Positions 38,972 through 51,005 of a DNA stretch of 64,000 nucleotides are shown here, piece after piece (the stretch's first letter is position 1; the number at the start of each line of letters is the position of its first letter). The position numbers and the translations under genes are program-made. The stretch lies in the NCBI GenBank assembly GCA_024679065.1, contig JAGIQG010000014.1, positions 41,106,001 to 41,170,000 on the forward strand, in the 5' to 3' direction. The stretch is from Sphyrna mokarran (Eukaryota). Under the pieces are notes generated by a model that made no database searches, was not told where the DNA came from, and saw only the letters and a list, made by a program, of their open reading frames with translations.

Positions 38972-39199
38972 TTACTATCAAATAAATCGGTTGGATTTAA
39001 AATTGATGTTGCTAAATTCTTACTGAGTTCTTACTACCCCAGTCCAACGCCGGCATCTCTACATCAGCACCTGTAGGGACAAAAAGCAGATTTAATGTTT
39101 TGAGTTTGTTTGGTTCTTCTTCAGAATTAAGGAGAGGGAGAAATGTGTTTTGTTGAACTGTATCGTGAGAGATTGCAACAAGATGTAACCAGATCGACT

Positions 39200-39615
39200 G
39201 TAGACATTAGGTCTGTATGCAATGGAGTTTAGAAGGATGAGGGGGGATCTCATTGAAACTTACAGAATACTGAAAGGCCCGGAGTGGATGTGGAGAATAC
39301 CTTTCCATTAGTAGGTGAAACTTGGATCCGAGTGCACAGCCTCAGAATAAAGGGGTGACCCCTGAGAACTGAGATGAGGAGGGATTTCTTCAGCCAGAGA
39401 TTGTGAATCTGTGGAATTCGTTGCCACAGAAGGCTGTGGGAATCAAGTTATTGAGTATATTTAAGATAGGGGTAGATAGGTTCTTGATTGGTAAGAGGAT
39501 CAAAGGTTATGGGGAAAAGGTGGCAGAATGATTTTGAGAATCTTATCAACCATGATTTAACGACAGGTTCCATGGGCCAAATGTCTTAATTCTGCTCCTA
39601 TATCTTATGGTCTTA
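39200..39615 (+). mobile_element. CR1 LINE 3' end
   Basis: LGLYAMEFRRMRGDLIETYRILKG...RRDFFSQR...LWNSLPQ; tcttatggtctta tail. Confidence 0.85.
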
Positions 39616-41169
39616 CAGTCCATAAGACCATAACAAAAGACAGATGGTCTTATGCGGGAGGGAGGTGATGGGGAGGATGTGGGGGTGGTGGTGAAGGGCA
39701 GGAGGTTGTGAGGCAACATTGGACCAATACAAATTTTAAGGGGAGGATTTTCTGCATCTGTTTTCGGGGTCGGATCAGGAAACGCCATGGGAGTGCCGAG
39801 ATGCAGTTTATACTGGCAGGATTTCAGATCTGATTGATCCTTTCCCAGTGACATAATGGAAATCCAGGTATTCAACATCAAGACTCCTATCTATTATATT
39901 TAAATATCATTATCAGGTCTTTATTTCTAACATTCCCCTTTTCCTTTGTTATAATGTCCATTCATGTTACTGTGAAGGCACATAACGGGTCCCCCACGAT
40001 GTGCATCTGCTGAGCAGCATTTCTGGAGGCGCACAGGTGAATATATACCGCAGGGTAGATAAAAGGTCTTGTCTGGACAGTATCCTGGCACTGCCCCCTG
40101 GCATTGCCCCCTCCCTCCCACCATCCCCCCTCCGCCCCAGGTGCTTTGTAACAATGTGGGACCCATCCCTTGACTTTATTTTTCCAAGACCCTAAAAATA
40201 CAATGGTAGAAGCCATCCTTGAGGCTATAACTTTCACAAAGACTTCCTGCCTGCTGTGCCACTCTGCCGAAAAATTCCATGCTTACCATTTTGAATAGAT
40301 GATCCAAAATTAAATACTGTTGATCTATTTGCAGGTTTATATTGTCTGCTGGTTAACTTGATGCCTTGTAATGGTTCACTTCAGTCGTTTAGTCTGAGCC
40401 CTGCCGCCTGTCAGATAGAATTTTCCATCAAGTCAGAAAGCTTTATCATGTCCAGTTTTCACCTTTTAAATGTGGTAGCACCATCTACTGCCAAGCATTA
40501 AAAGGGAATGCTACTTCTGAAGGTGAATTTTGATACCACTTATCACTAGCTACATTGAACTGAGTTTACTGCAATGAAACTGCTCAAAAATGAGTTGAAA
40601 AATCAAAAGAAGAATCATATTCTATGTTGCAGTGTCACCTTCAATCATATAAGGCAGACACCGGAAAAAGAAACTAGGGGCTTTCAGTGTAATATTATTC
40701 AACAGCAAAGTAGTAGAGAAACTTTAGTGCCCATTCTTTTCCCCTTTGCATGACACACATTCTCTCAGTGCTGTTGGGAGTAGAGACTTCTTGTTGATGA
40801 TTGATCTATTAAAGTGGAGATAAGAGGGAGTTATCAAGAAGGGGTTGACCAAGCAGAAATGTGAATCACTTGATGACTTAACTCACCAGTGGTCTCTAAT
40901 GTGCGATTTTATTGAAATGAATTATGTCAGGAATAGCAGGCCAAGACTATCTGTGAAACGAGAAATGAACGGCAAGATTCTCTGGCCTCCCCTCAGCATG
41001 TTTCTGGGCAGCAGGAGGTGGCATGGAAGCTTCTGGTCCTGCCGCTGCCAATGGGAATTCCTATTGAAGCCACTCCATGTCACTGGAAAGCAGCAGGTGC
41101 CAGAGAAACCAGAGAATTCTGCCAGCGTGAATGGCCGGAGAAATCCGGGCAGAGGAAAATGGAAAATCC

Positions 41170-42540
41170 AGAGATGAAACAGAATTTTTAGAAAATAAAA
41201 ATGCAAGGGAAAGGGAGGTTGGGGAGAAAGAATAAAAGGGAAAGTCGCTGATAGGGTGGAAGACAGGAGACTTTAAAAGGGATGATGGGTACAAGGTAAA
41301 TGGGAAGAGGAGAGGCAAGTAAAGAACAAAAGCCATGCCTAAAGGTGGTGTAAGTGGGGAAATAGAATCATCACCAACAACTGCTGGCTAAAAGATATAG
41401 AGACAGCGCTTATGTTGTGACATTCTTGAACTCAATGTTGCCTAATTTAAAATGAGATACTGTTCTTCAGCTTATGTTGAGTTTCATTAGAACACGAAAG
41501 GCTGAAGATGTTGTGGTCAGAGTGGAAGTGCAGCAGAGAATTAAAATGACTGAAAGTTCTGAGTTGTGTGTATGGTCTGAATCGAGGTGTTCCACAAAAT
41601 GGCCATCAAATTTTCTTTTGATTTACTTCAGTGTAGGGGAGATCACAGGAAATACTATATAATAAATTGAAAGGAGTATATGCATATTGACATTTTACCT
41701 GAAAATAATTGCTTGGAGCCCTGAACTGCAAAAAGGGAGTAGGTAAAAGGGAAGCTGCCAGATTTCACAATGGGAAGATGCTACAGAAACCTGAAGAGTG
41801 CTGCAGTTGGCTGAGGAGAGAGCCAGAATGTTGTGGAAAGAATTTTCCTTTGGAATGTTGAAACAGGAGACACGGGGCAGATGTGTTAGTGGTAACATCA
41901 CTCTGAGGGTAACAGAAAAGGTGATGAATGATCTGTTGAATGGGGATACCAGTGGCACAGAAGGTGGAGGGAGTAGGGAGTGATGGTTGTAGAAGTACTG
42001 AAAGAAAGAACAAGCACATTCAAGGACCATGTCAACCACAGGGGAGGATGAGTTGTTGATAAAGAAAGACATCAGAAACATCGGATTGGCATTCTCAAAA
42101 TAGGTGAAACGAAGACAGATGAGCTGGGAGAATACATTAGAGTTCATATAGGGAGTAGGATGGGAATAAAGGTAGCCAAGACAGTGATGGGAATGAGTGA
42201 AATTATTGGTTGAGCTTATTGGAAGTTTTCCAATCTGTGCCAAGAGCAGGACATAGCTCTGATACATTCATCAGGATACTAGGAAGAAGAGGCGAGGGAG
42301 AAGATTTGAGTAGAACTGGAACAAAGTATGTTCCACATGTCTCAATGAAGGGCACTCATTTCCAGGACTTATTTGGGTTTCCATAGCAACACCTTTTATT
42401 TGGAGCGGGTGAGTTGAGTTAAGGAGAAGTTATTTGATATGAAAACAAACCCAGCCAGATGGAGGAGGGGTCGAGTTGTGCACCTATTCAAGGAAGAAAC
42501 TGAGAGATCTTAGGCTGTCTTAGTAAGGGATGCAGGGGTA
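41170..42540 (-). mobile_element. Old Penelope-like element (different family), degraded RT/EN
   Basis: GVAMET..SP..CP..HVE at about 42390, and THSHHCLGYLYSHP..NSNVFSQLICLR..MSFFIN, matching the PLE RT C-terminal SHP...PFSQ.LRLR motif; G/A-rich pLTR at about 41170-41350. Confidence 0.7.
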
Positions 42541-43219
42541 AAGGAAATACAGTGGCACTTGTTTCCTTCCTTCTTTCCTTGGTTAAAATTTCATAACTTT
42601 GGACTGAAATTTGCTCCTCCCCTACGGTAGATTTAAAGCTGTTGAAAGTATCAGCAGTGGCCTCCCCACCATATATGAAATTTTAGGGTGGGGGATGGGG
42701 GTGCTCTGTGGAGGGGAGGATGAGAGATGCGGTAAGTGTGTGGCTAGAGATGATGGGTGTTTGGTTCACCCTTGGATTCATTGAATGACTAACAAATGGC
42801 CATCAGCTGCTCTTGTCACTATTTTACCTACGGTGGGGAACACTTAAGTCAGGAAATCCAAAAGTTTTTTTGATGAGCAGATGTCAGGAAAGAAAGGGGG
42901 ACCTCCTTTTCAGGTTTCCTGTGCCCATTGAAGACATGCTTCCCCCAAAATCACACTACTCCCCTCTTACCCTACAGGCCACCAACCGCTCCCCCCCCCC
43001 ACCCCCAACACCACCACCACCTTCCACCTTTGCCTCTCAAACTAGAACCTGTTGGCTGAGGTTTGTCACCTGAGCCATGTAGAATAACCCCACCCTCTCC
43101 CCCATTCATCTTGGTATCTTGCTCCAGCAAAGATCTCCATTGGGAATTGGTGATTACCCCAGCAATACCTTCCACTCCCACTTAACATTGCTGGGACTAC
43201 AGAACGTCCCATTCCTGGG

Positions 43220-43530
43220 AGACATAAGAACATAAGAAATAAGAGCAGGAATAGGCCATCTAGTCCTTCAAGCCTGCCCCGCCATTTAATAAGACCATGG
43301 CTAATCTGAAATGGATCTGTTCCACTTACCTGGCTACTCCCCATAACCCTTAATTTCCTTATCGATCAGAAATCTATCAACCTGTGACTTAAACATATTC
43401 AATGAGGTAGCCTCCACCACTTCAATGGACAGAGATTCCAGAGATTCACTACCCTCTGAGAAAAGAAGTTCCTTGTCAATTCTGTTCTAAACTGCCCCCT
43501 GTCTTATTTTGAGGCTGTGCCCTCTAGTCC
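43220..43530 (-). mobile_element. CR1 LINE 3' end
   Basis: acataagaacataagaaataagagcagg tail, then FFSQRVVNLW on the minus strand. Confidence 0.85.
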
Positions 43531-44589
43531 TGAGAGGCAAAAGCCTAGAGACTTCCAGTTCTAGAGACAGAAGTCCTGCCTTCAGCCTGTTGACAGCTGA
43601 TTGGCCATTAAGTGATACTGAAGAGGAGGTGGTTAGTTAATGGAGACTTGTGTCCCGTAAAAGTTAGCCCTCTGTATTTCTCCTTCCACAGCAACTAGAA
43701 CCCAGTAGAGTGTTTTCAACAATTTGTTTATTTGTTTCAGATTTGCAGCATTCGCAGTATTTTTGCTTTGGAATTACATCAGTGATGCCGGGGTTAATTT
43801 TAATGAATGCCGAAATAATCTACCATTTGTGTGCATCACTGAGAATTAGCAGAAACAAATTCTTGAGCTGCAAAGATTTCCTGAGGTGGAACCAACAACA
43901 ATTTTCAACTACGTGCTGTCTTCAGCACAGTAAAACTTCCCAAGGCGCTTCACAATATGGTAATCAGGCTAAAGAATTAAACTGAGACAAAGGAGGAGCT
44001 ATTAGGAGAGGTAATTAATGAGGTAACCTCTCACTAACATATAATTGTGTATTTATGAATAAAATAAATTAATATTTTCACAATAGCACAATTAAATTAA
44101 TGTGCGTATATTGTATGTAGATATAGAACAACAGAAGTTTATAAGACCATTTAATATATTCAGTGTGCAGTGGCTTTATGCCAGAAAAGTCCAAAACTAA
44201 TTTCTTTATTGCCCCACAGCTATTTATCATTCTCTGATTCAAATTTTATCCAATTTCTGTTTTAAAGATGCAATTGTCGCTGCCTGCCTTAATCATCTCC
44301 TGTGGCAGATCTTTCCATGCACTAACAACTCTCTAAGATATTTCGAGAACTTGCTGAGCAAAGATATTTTCTTAATCATTCTCCAAATTATTCACCATTT
44401 TAAATTGCTGACTCCTTCTCACTTAAACACCCGACATAATTTTCCCTATTTATCCTGTGAATATTTAACAATTGCTTCTTTGCCTTTTCTAACAAGAACA
44501 CGCATAACATCTGCAGTCCCTCCTTGCTATTGAAATTTCCCACACCAAATATAGTTCTGGTGAATTTTCACTGTATTCTCTCTATGATA

Positions 44590-45435
44590 CCCCCAGCTCG
44601 ATCACTGGCCAGCCGTGCGACCCCTACATTTTAGCCCCCGACATCTGCACGAATTGATTGCTGATCTCTCACCCCCACTCCCCGCCCCTACCACCGCCTG
44701 AACATGCCTGGGCCAGCTTCGCAACCCTGTCTCTGCTTGCCTCAAAATACCCCCCTCCATAACCTCGGTATTCTGTTATCCTCCCCTGCAGTCTTCCTGC
44801 AGTCCTGACTGTCCACCACTGGCAGCACCAACACCCCAACCCCCAACCCCACCTCCCAAAAGGCTGGCCTCCCTCCCTCTGTCACTCAGCCCAAATGCAA
44901 AATGGCACTAGGAGCCCCCTTCTCCATTGATTGCCCTGCCCCTGATTAGGGCCCGCACACTTGGCACTAGCCTATGCCTGGTGGGGAGTGTCAAGGCTCC
45001 TCCAGGCATTGGTATTTTGCCCCTTGGGCAGTGTCGGGAGCGCAGAATGGCATTCCCAAGGTGGCAATGCCCAGGGAGCAACCCCTGCCCCGGTGCTCGA
45101 TCCTCTATGGAGCTTTGATGCCTGCACTCTTCACCCCAGGAGGGGTTGAGCTGCTAGCTCCCCGCAAGTGGAGAGCTATACTAAAGCCTGTTGGAGTGAA
45201 ACTCTCCTGGCGAGGAGGAAGACGCTAGCGGACCTGGAGTCTTCAGTCCTTGCCTTAAATTGTATTAAAATTAGAATTTAAATAACGTTTGCTGATTTCT
45301 GGCATGGAGCTGACGGCCCCAGAAACCTGGCTGCCAGGGATGCGCAGAGGCTGTGGCATTCAGTTGGGAGCCCACAAAATGGCCTCTGCTGCAGTCTCCC
45401 AAGCCGCTGGGAGACTGGTAGGGAGAATCTCCCCC
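44590..45435. mobile_element. GC-rich MITE-like element
   Basis: Similar to 9200-10029; ends gggagaatctcccc. Confidence 0.6.
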
Positions 45436-46955
45436 TTAAACTGTCACAAACCGTACTAAATTTGCCTTACACAACTTGTCATTAATAGCTAACTGTTCTA
45501 AAGTAAACAATGCATTTCGAAATGTTCACTAATATTATCTTGAATTATTCATTCTCAGTGTTGTGCACACCTGAAATTGGTATTAGCAACAGTTAATTAT
45601 TCTCCCTCTACTTTGAACAGAATTGTTACATTACAACATTGTTACATTGAATTGCACAACTTCCATTGTTGGATTGAAATGTTGTGCCCAGAATTTTTGC
45701 CTTTTTTCAAAAAATATTTTTACAATACATGTTGAAACTTAATGCAAATTAAATTAACAATGCCATAAGGTGTTTGACAAACTATAATTATATAACAATT
45801 TGAGTTATACATTCTTAAACTCAACATCTTGAGAGTTGTTTGTGAAATTTAGCAACTGGTTGCCAAGCTTTGGAATATTCATCCTTCATCATTTCACCAC
45901 TCTACCTCATTTTCCTCCTTTAAGAAATACCTTAAAATTTATTTCTTTGACTAAGTTGGTCATCTGACCAGTTAGTATCTCCTTTTGTGGCTCAGTTTCA
46001 CATTTTGTTTTATAAAGCTTCCCTGAAGTGCATTAGGATGTCTTGTTACTCTGAAGTTTTTGCTTATGAGCGGCAAATCTAAAATCTATGTGAAAAAGTG
46101 TTTTAATATCCAAACATTAAACATTGGCAAAAAAGTGCAAATCTATCGGGACATTAAAAACTAAGGAATTGTGAGTTCTTCGCTTGTCCTAACCATCTAG
46201 TTTCATGATATAAAGTTAATATTTTAGAGGTAACTTTTAGTTTTATAGAGATTAAATTAATAAAGGCAATGTAACGAAAATTCTGAACTCGAGAAATTGC
46301 CAATCCACCTTCAGTAATAGCAGTTCAAAATTTAATCATTAAGGTTAACTGGGTTGGAAATGAGGAAACATTATCAATAGTTGCCCCATCTCTGAGCTTG
46401 GTAGATTACTTCAACAAGGAATTTAAATCATCATGCAGTTCCCAGAGCAAAGGTATAAAAGCACCTTTGTAAATAAGTAGGTTTCTTGGTGGAACCAGCA
46501 AGTCTGGATAAAGGGGCTATTAACTCCATTAGGAATATAAATTAGTCGTGCGGATCACAGAATCAAAAGAGTGTTTTTAAAGTAAAATGCATTAATTTAC
46601 ATTTCTGTTTGGATCTTCCTCAGTCGGTTGCCCTGTTATGGATATAATCAGTAAGAATTTAGCAACACCAATTATTAATCCAACCGATTTATTTGATAGT
46701 AAAATAGCGAGCTTTCAACACTCCCGTGTCTTCATCAGGCAAGTGCAGTGTTCTGGTCTGCAATAGCACACATCAGCACAGACAGTCAGAGATTGCTGAT
46801 TAGAATGCGAATCCTTACATCTAACCTGCTATTCAAGTGTTAAAGTGGCTAACAATGTGTGTGAAGGGGATCCTGAGCATTGTTAGAGAGTTGTGTATTT
46901 TCTCCAGACAGCACAGTAAGTGAGGTTTTTTGCTAACCCAGGCAAGTTACGGGGG

Positions 46956-48494
46956 TTACAGATAGTGTGTCATGAAGCCAAGATCCCTGTTAAGACCGTC
47001 CTCATGTGTGCGGAGCTTGGCTATCAGTCTCTGTTCAGCGACTCTGCGCTGTCGTGTATCACGAAAGCCCCCTTGAAGAACATTTACCCGCAGGTCGGAG
47101 GCCGAATGCCCATGACTGCTGAAGTGTTCACCCACAGGAAGGGAACTGTTTTGCCTGGTGATTGTTGAGCGATGCTCATTCATCCGCTGTCGTAGTGTTT
47201 GCATGGTCTCCCCAATATACCATGCTTCGGGACATCCTTTCTTGCAACGTATTAGGTAGACAACGTTGGCCGAGTTGCAAGAGTATGTACCGTGCACCTG
47301 GTGAATGGTATCCTCACGTTTGATGATGTCGTCCATGTCTATGATCCGGCATGTCTTGCAGAGGTTGCTGTGGCAGGGTTGTGTGGTATTGTGGTCACTG
47401 TTCTCCTGAAGGTTGGGTAGTTTGCTGCGAACAATGATCTGTTTGAGGTTGTGCGGTTGTCTGAAAGCAAGAAGTGGGGGGGTGGGGATGGCCCTAGCGA
47501 GATGTTCATCGTCATCAATGATATGTTGAAGACTCCGGAGAAGATGTCGTAGCTTCTCCGCTCCGGGGAAGTACTGGACAACAAAGGGTACTCTGTCCAC
47601 CGTGTCCCGTGTTCGTCTTCTGAGGAGATCAGTGCGGTTTATCGTTGTGGCACGTTGGAACTGTCGATCGATGAGTCGAGCGCCATATCCTGTTCTCACG
47701 AGTGCATCCTTCAGTGTCTGGAGGTGTCTGTCACGATCCTCCTCATCTGAGCAAATTCTGTGTATACGGAGGGCTTGTCCATAGGGAATGGCTTCTTTAA
47801 CGTGTCTAGGGTGGAAGCTGGAGAAGTGGAGCATTGTGAGGTTGTCTGTCGGTTTGCGGTACAGTGAGGTGCTGAGGTGACCGTCCTTGATGGAGATGCG
47901 TGTGTCCAAGAATGCAACTGATTCTGGAGAATAGTCCATGGTGAGTCTGATGGTGGGATGGAACTTGTTGATATCATCATACAGTTGTTTCAATGATTGT
48001 TCACCATGAGTCCAAAGGAAAAAGATGTCATCAATGTATCTAGTATATAACCTTGGTTGGAGATCTTGTGTGGTGAAGAAGTCTTGTTCGAACCTGTGCA
48101 TGAAGATGTTGGCATACTGAGGTGCGAATTTGGTCCCCATGGCTGTTCCGTGTGTCTGGATGAAAAGCTGATTGTTGAAGGTGAAGACATTGTGGTCCAA
48201 GATGAAGCGGATGAGTTGTAAAATTGCATCTGGAAACTGGCAGTTGTTGGCATTGAGTACTGAGGCAGTTGCAGCAATACCATCGTCGTGGGGGATGTTG
48301 GTGTAGAGCGCCGAGACATCCATTGTGACAAGGAGTGTCCCTGTTTCCACTGCTCCATGTGTGCTGAGTTTCTGCAGGAAGTCCGTAGTGTCAAGACAAA
48401 AGCTGGGGGTTCTTTGTACGATGGGTTTCAGGATGCCCTCGATATAGCCGGAGAGGTTCTCACACAGGGTCCCGTTGCCCGATACGATGGGACG
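46956..48494 (-). CDS. PLE reverse transcriptase + GIY-YIG endonuclease, 5'-truncated, uninterrupted frame
   Basis: The frame is open from RPIVSG (48494) through MDVSALYTNI, GTAMG, RYIDD, the linker PCHSNLCKTC, NVVYLIRCKKGCPEAWYIGET and RMNEH to EDGLN; the track ORF starts at an internal GTG (48350). Confidence 0.93.
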   Translation of the reverse strand, partial: RPIVSGNGTLCENLSGYIEGILKPIVQRTPSFCLDTTDFLQKLSTHGAVETGTLLVTMDVSALYTNIPHDDGIAATASVLNANNCQFPDAILQLIRFILDHNVFTFNNQLFIQTHGTAMGTKFAPQYANIFMHRFEQDFFTTQDLQPRLYTRYIDDIFFLWTHGEQSLKQLYDDINKFHPTIRLTMDYSPESVAFLDTRISIKDGHLSTSLYRKPTDNLTMLHFSSFHPRHVKEAIPYGQALRIHRICSDEEDRDRHLQTLKDALVRTGYGARLIDRQFQRATTINRTDLLRRRTRDTVDRVPFVVQYFPGAEKLRHLLRSLQHIIDDDEHLARAIPTPPLLAFRQPHNLKQIIVRSKLPNLQENSDHNTTQPCHSNLCKTCRIIDMDDIIKREDTIHQVHGTYSCNSANVVYLIRCKKGCPEAWYIGETMQTLRQRMNEHRSTITRQNSSLPVGEHFSSHGHSASDLRVNVLQGGFRDTRQRRVAEQRLIAKLRTHEDGLNRDLGFMTHYL

Positions 48495-48940
48495 TATCTC
48501 TGCAAGATGGACGATCGCTCAACAATCACCAGGCAAAACAGTTCCCTTCCTGTGGGGAACACTTCAGCAGTCATGGGCATTCGGCCTCCGACCTGCGGGT
48601 AAATGTTCTTCAAGGGGGCTTTCGTGATACACGACAGCGCAGAGTCGCTGAACAGAGACTGATAGCCAAGCCCGCACACATGAGGACGGTCTTAACAGGG
48701 ATCTTGGCTTCATGACACACTATCTGTAACCCCCGTAACTTGCCTGGGTTAGCAAAAAACCTCACTTACTGTGCTGTCTGGAGAAAATACACAACTCTCT
48801 AACAATGCTCAGGATCCCCTTCACACACATTGTTAGCCACTTTAACACTTGAATAGCAGGTTAGATGTAAGGATTCGCATTCTAATCAGCAATCTCTGAC
48901 TGTCTGTGCTGATGTGTGCTATTGCAGACCAGAACACTGC

Positions 48941-48982
48941 ACTTGCCTGATGAAGACACGGGAGTGTTGAAAGCTTGCTATT
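48941..48982 (+). ncRNA. Minimal hammerhead ribozyme motif in the pLTR
   Basis: acttgc-CTGATGA-a-gacac(ggga)gtgtt-GAAA-gc-TT-gcta; the mirror copy at about 46703-46744 (minus) has GAAA-gc-TC. Stem I is imperfect. Confidence 0.7.
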
Positions 48983-49112
48983 TTACTATCAAATAAATCG
49001 GTTGGATTAATAATTGGTGTTGCTAAATTCTTACTGAGTTCTTACCACTCCAATCCAACGCCGGCATCTTTACATCATGGATATAATCTGCAGGGAACAA
49101 CTCTTTTTCATG

Positions 49113-49320
49113 TGATGTGGAGATGCCGGCATTGGACTCAGGTGGGCACAGTAAGGAGTCCCTCAGCACCAGGTTAAAGTCCAATAGGTTTATTTGGAAT
49201 CATGAGCTTTTGGAGCACTGCTCCTTCATCAGATGAGTCCTACCTCTCCACTCACCTGGTACTCCGAAAACTCGTGATTCCAAGTAAACCTGTTGGACTT
49301 CAACCTAGTGTTGTGAATCT
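49113..49320. mobile_element. Very short foldback PLE pLTR remnant
   Basis: A minus arm with tail (tgatgtggagatgccggcattggact...) and a shorter plus arm (actcacctg...aaacctgttggacttcaacctagtgttgtga); both hammerhead cores are damaged. Confidence 0.75.
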
Positions 49321-50663
49321 TTTTTTGTGTGGTTTATCTGTGCAATTTTGGTCACAAAAACAAACTATTCAGCTTGGGAACAGGCTGAGAGTTGAGGATG
49401 CAAAAAAGGCATGCACCTTTAAACAGGTGCACTAGTTTATCACACAAAATGTGGATGGGGATATGTGCTCAATTTTGAGACAATCCTTGAGGGGAAAAGA
49501 TGCCAGAAGAGTTGGCTGGCTGAATAATGAAATCTACAGTAATGCTTATAATAAAAAGCAGTCCAGTTTGGAGAGGTCAGAATGTTTTGGAAGTTTTATG
49601 GAGAAACTGTTTAGTTTAGTTTGGTGTGATTGAAGTGGAGTGAACAGCTCTGCAAGGTCCAAAATGGCAGCTCGAATGACAAGCCTCAAACTGCCCACTC
49701 CACATGCTTTTGGCGTATGCATGGCATGACTTCACACATGCCTTTTCAGTCAGGGCATGCTGCACGGTCTGCACTGGAAGTGCCCACCAATGTTACTTGA
49801 AGTTTTGGTCTTCCATAATACTAATGCTAGTGATGCTACAGATTCAAATCTTAGGGCCACCATGAGTTAAAATGCAGCCGCATCTCAGATGTAACTACAT
49901 TCTTGTCTAAATTGTCTTGCAGTTTGATAGGAGTTTGTGTGGATGACTGTTGTGATATGTGACAGGAATTTGTGCTTTTAATTGAAAATGTGAATTCTTA
50001 GTAAGTGTAACAATTCAATTATTCGAATGGACCTGATAATTTTTCACATCGCATCTGCTGCTCATAGCTGCTTCACTTGTATTATAGAATTGACATGCAC
50101 AAGTTATAGCCCAGTTTTATATAAAATTTCTTCTTATTCAAACATTTATTGAAAATTTACAAAGATAACAGGGACACATATGGTGGAAATGATTAAATTG
50201 GCGAGACGCTATTGGACATGATGGAAAAATAATGTCAGAATACACATAAAGATCTATCATTGAATGGCAAAGGATCCATTTTTGAGATATTGAAATGATA
50301 GGACTATGACCAACCTTACTCCTCAATTGGAGCCATGAGGAGATACTAATCTTGTCAAATAGTTTAAAATATCAAAAAGCAGTGGAATGATTCAAATTAT
50401 TTTGCACTTGGACTGAAATTACTCTGGTAAGTTATCTGATCAGGCACATCTCTTATTCATATTTCAGCATATTGGATGTTTCACAATCCAGTTCAGGAAA
50501 TAATTAGAAACAACATTTTTTAAAAATCAGAAAAATACACATTGGTTGATGAATATTTGAAAGAACATTTGGGCACATGAGCAGCACAGGCTTGGAAGGC
50601 CAAAGGCCTGTTCCTGTGCTGTATTGTTCTTTGTAACAGTCAAGCTCACGTTTGGGTATCATT

Positions 50664-51005
50664 GGGGCAGCATGGTGGCACAGTAGTTAGCACTGCTGCC
50701 TCACAGTGCCAAGGACCCAAGTTCATTCCCAGCTTGGGTCACTGTTTGTGCGGAGTCTGCACATCTTCCATGTGTCTCCATGTGTTTCCTCCAGGTGCTC
50801 CAGTTTCCTCCCAAAGACCTGCAGGTTAAGTGTATTGGTCATGCTAAATTGCCCCTTAGTGTCCCAAGGTACACTGATTACAGGGATTAGGAGGGTAAGT
50901 ATGTGAGGTTATGCAGATAGGGCCCAGATAAGCTGCTCTGTCAAAGGTTCAATGCAAGACCTGATGGGCCAAATGGCTCCCTCTACACTGTAAGGATTTT
51001 ATGAT
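50664..51005 (+). mobile_element. V-SINE (HE1-like)
   Basis: gggcagcatggtggcacagtagttagcactgctgcctcacag head, B box, V domain and tail. Confidence 0.88.

Larger units (their letters stand above)
38573..39064. mobile_element. Foldback non-autonomous mini-Penelope element
   Basis: 201-bp inverted arms (38569-38769 and 38837-39037, 1 mismatch); the pLTR part is homologous to 48880-49076; 12-bp TSD cagcacctgtag at 38561-38572 and 39065-39076; inserted into an older pLTR. Confidence 0.92.
46650..49076. mobile_element. Young 5'-truncated foldback Penelope-like retroelement (Neptune type)
   Basis: Inverted arms 46649-47173 and 48514-49036 are nearly identical; the tail ends at 49076; 12-bp TSD atggatataatc at 46638-46649 and 49077-49088. 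Confidence 0.95.

Noticed and set aside
38494-39076. Two near-identical divergent ORFs (MLICVLLQ...) suggesting a duplicated gene
   Set aside because: They are chance frames in the inverted pLTR arms, starting at GTG.
41695-42267. 190-aa ORF as a host gene
   Set aside because: Residual frame of a decayed Penelope-like RT.
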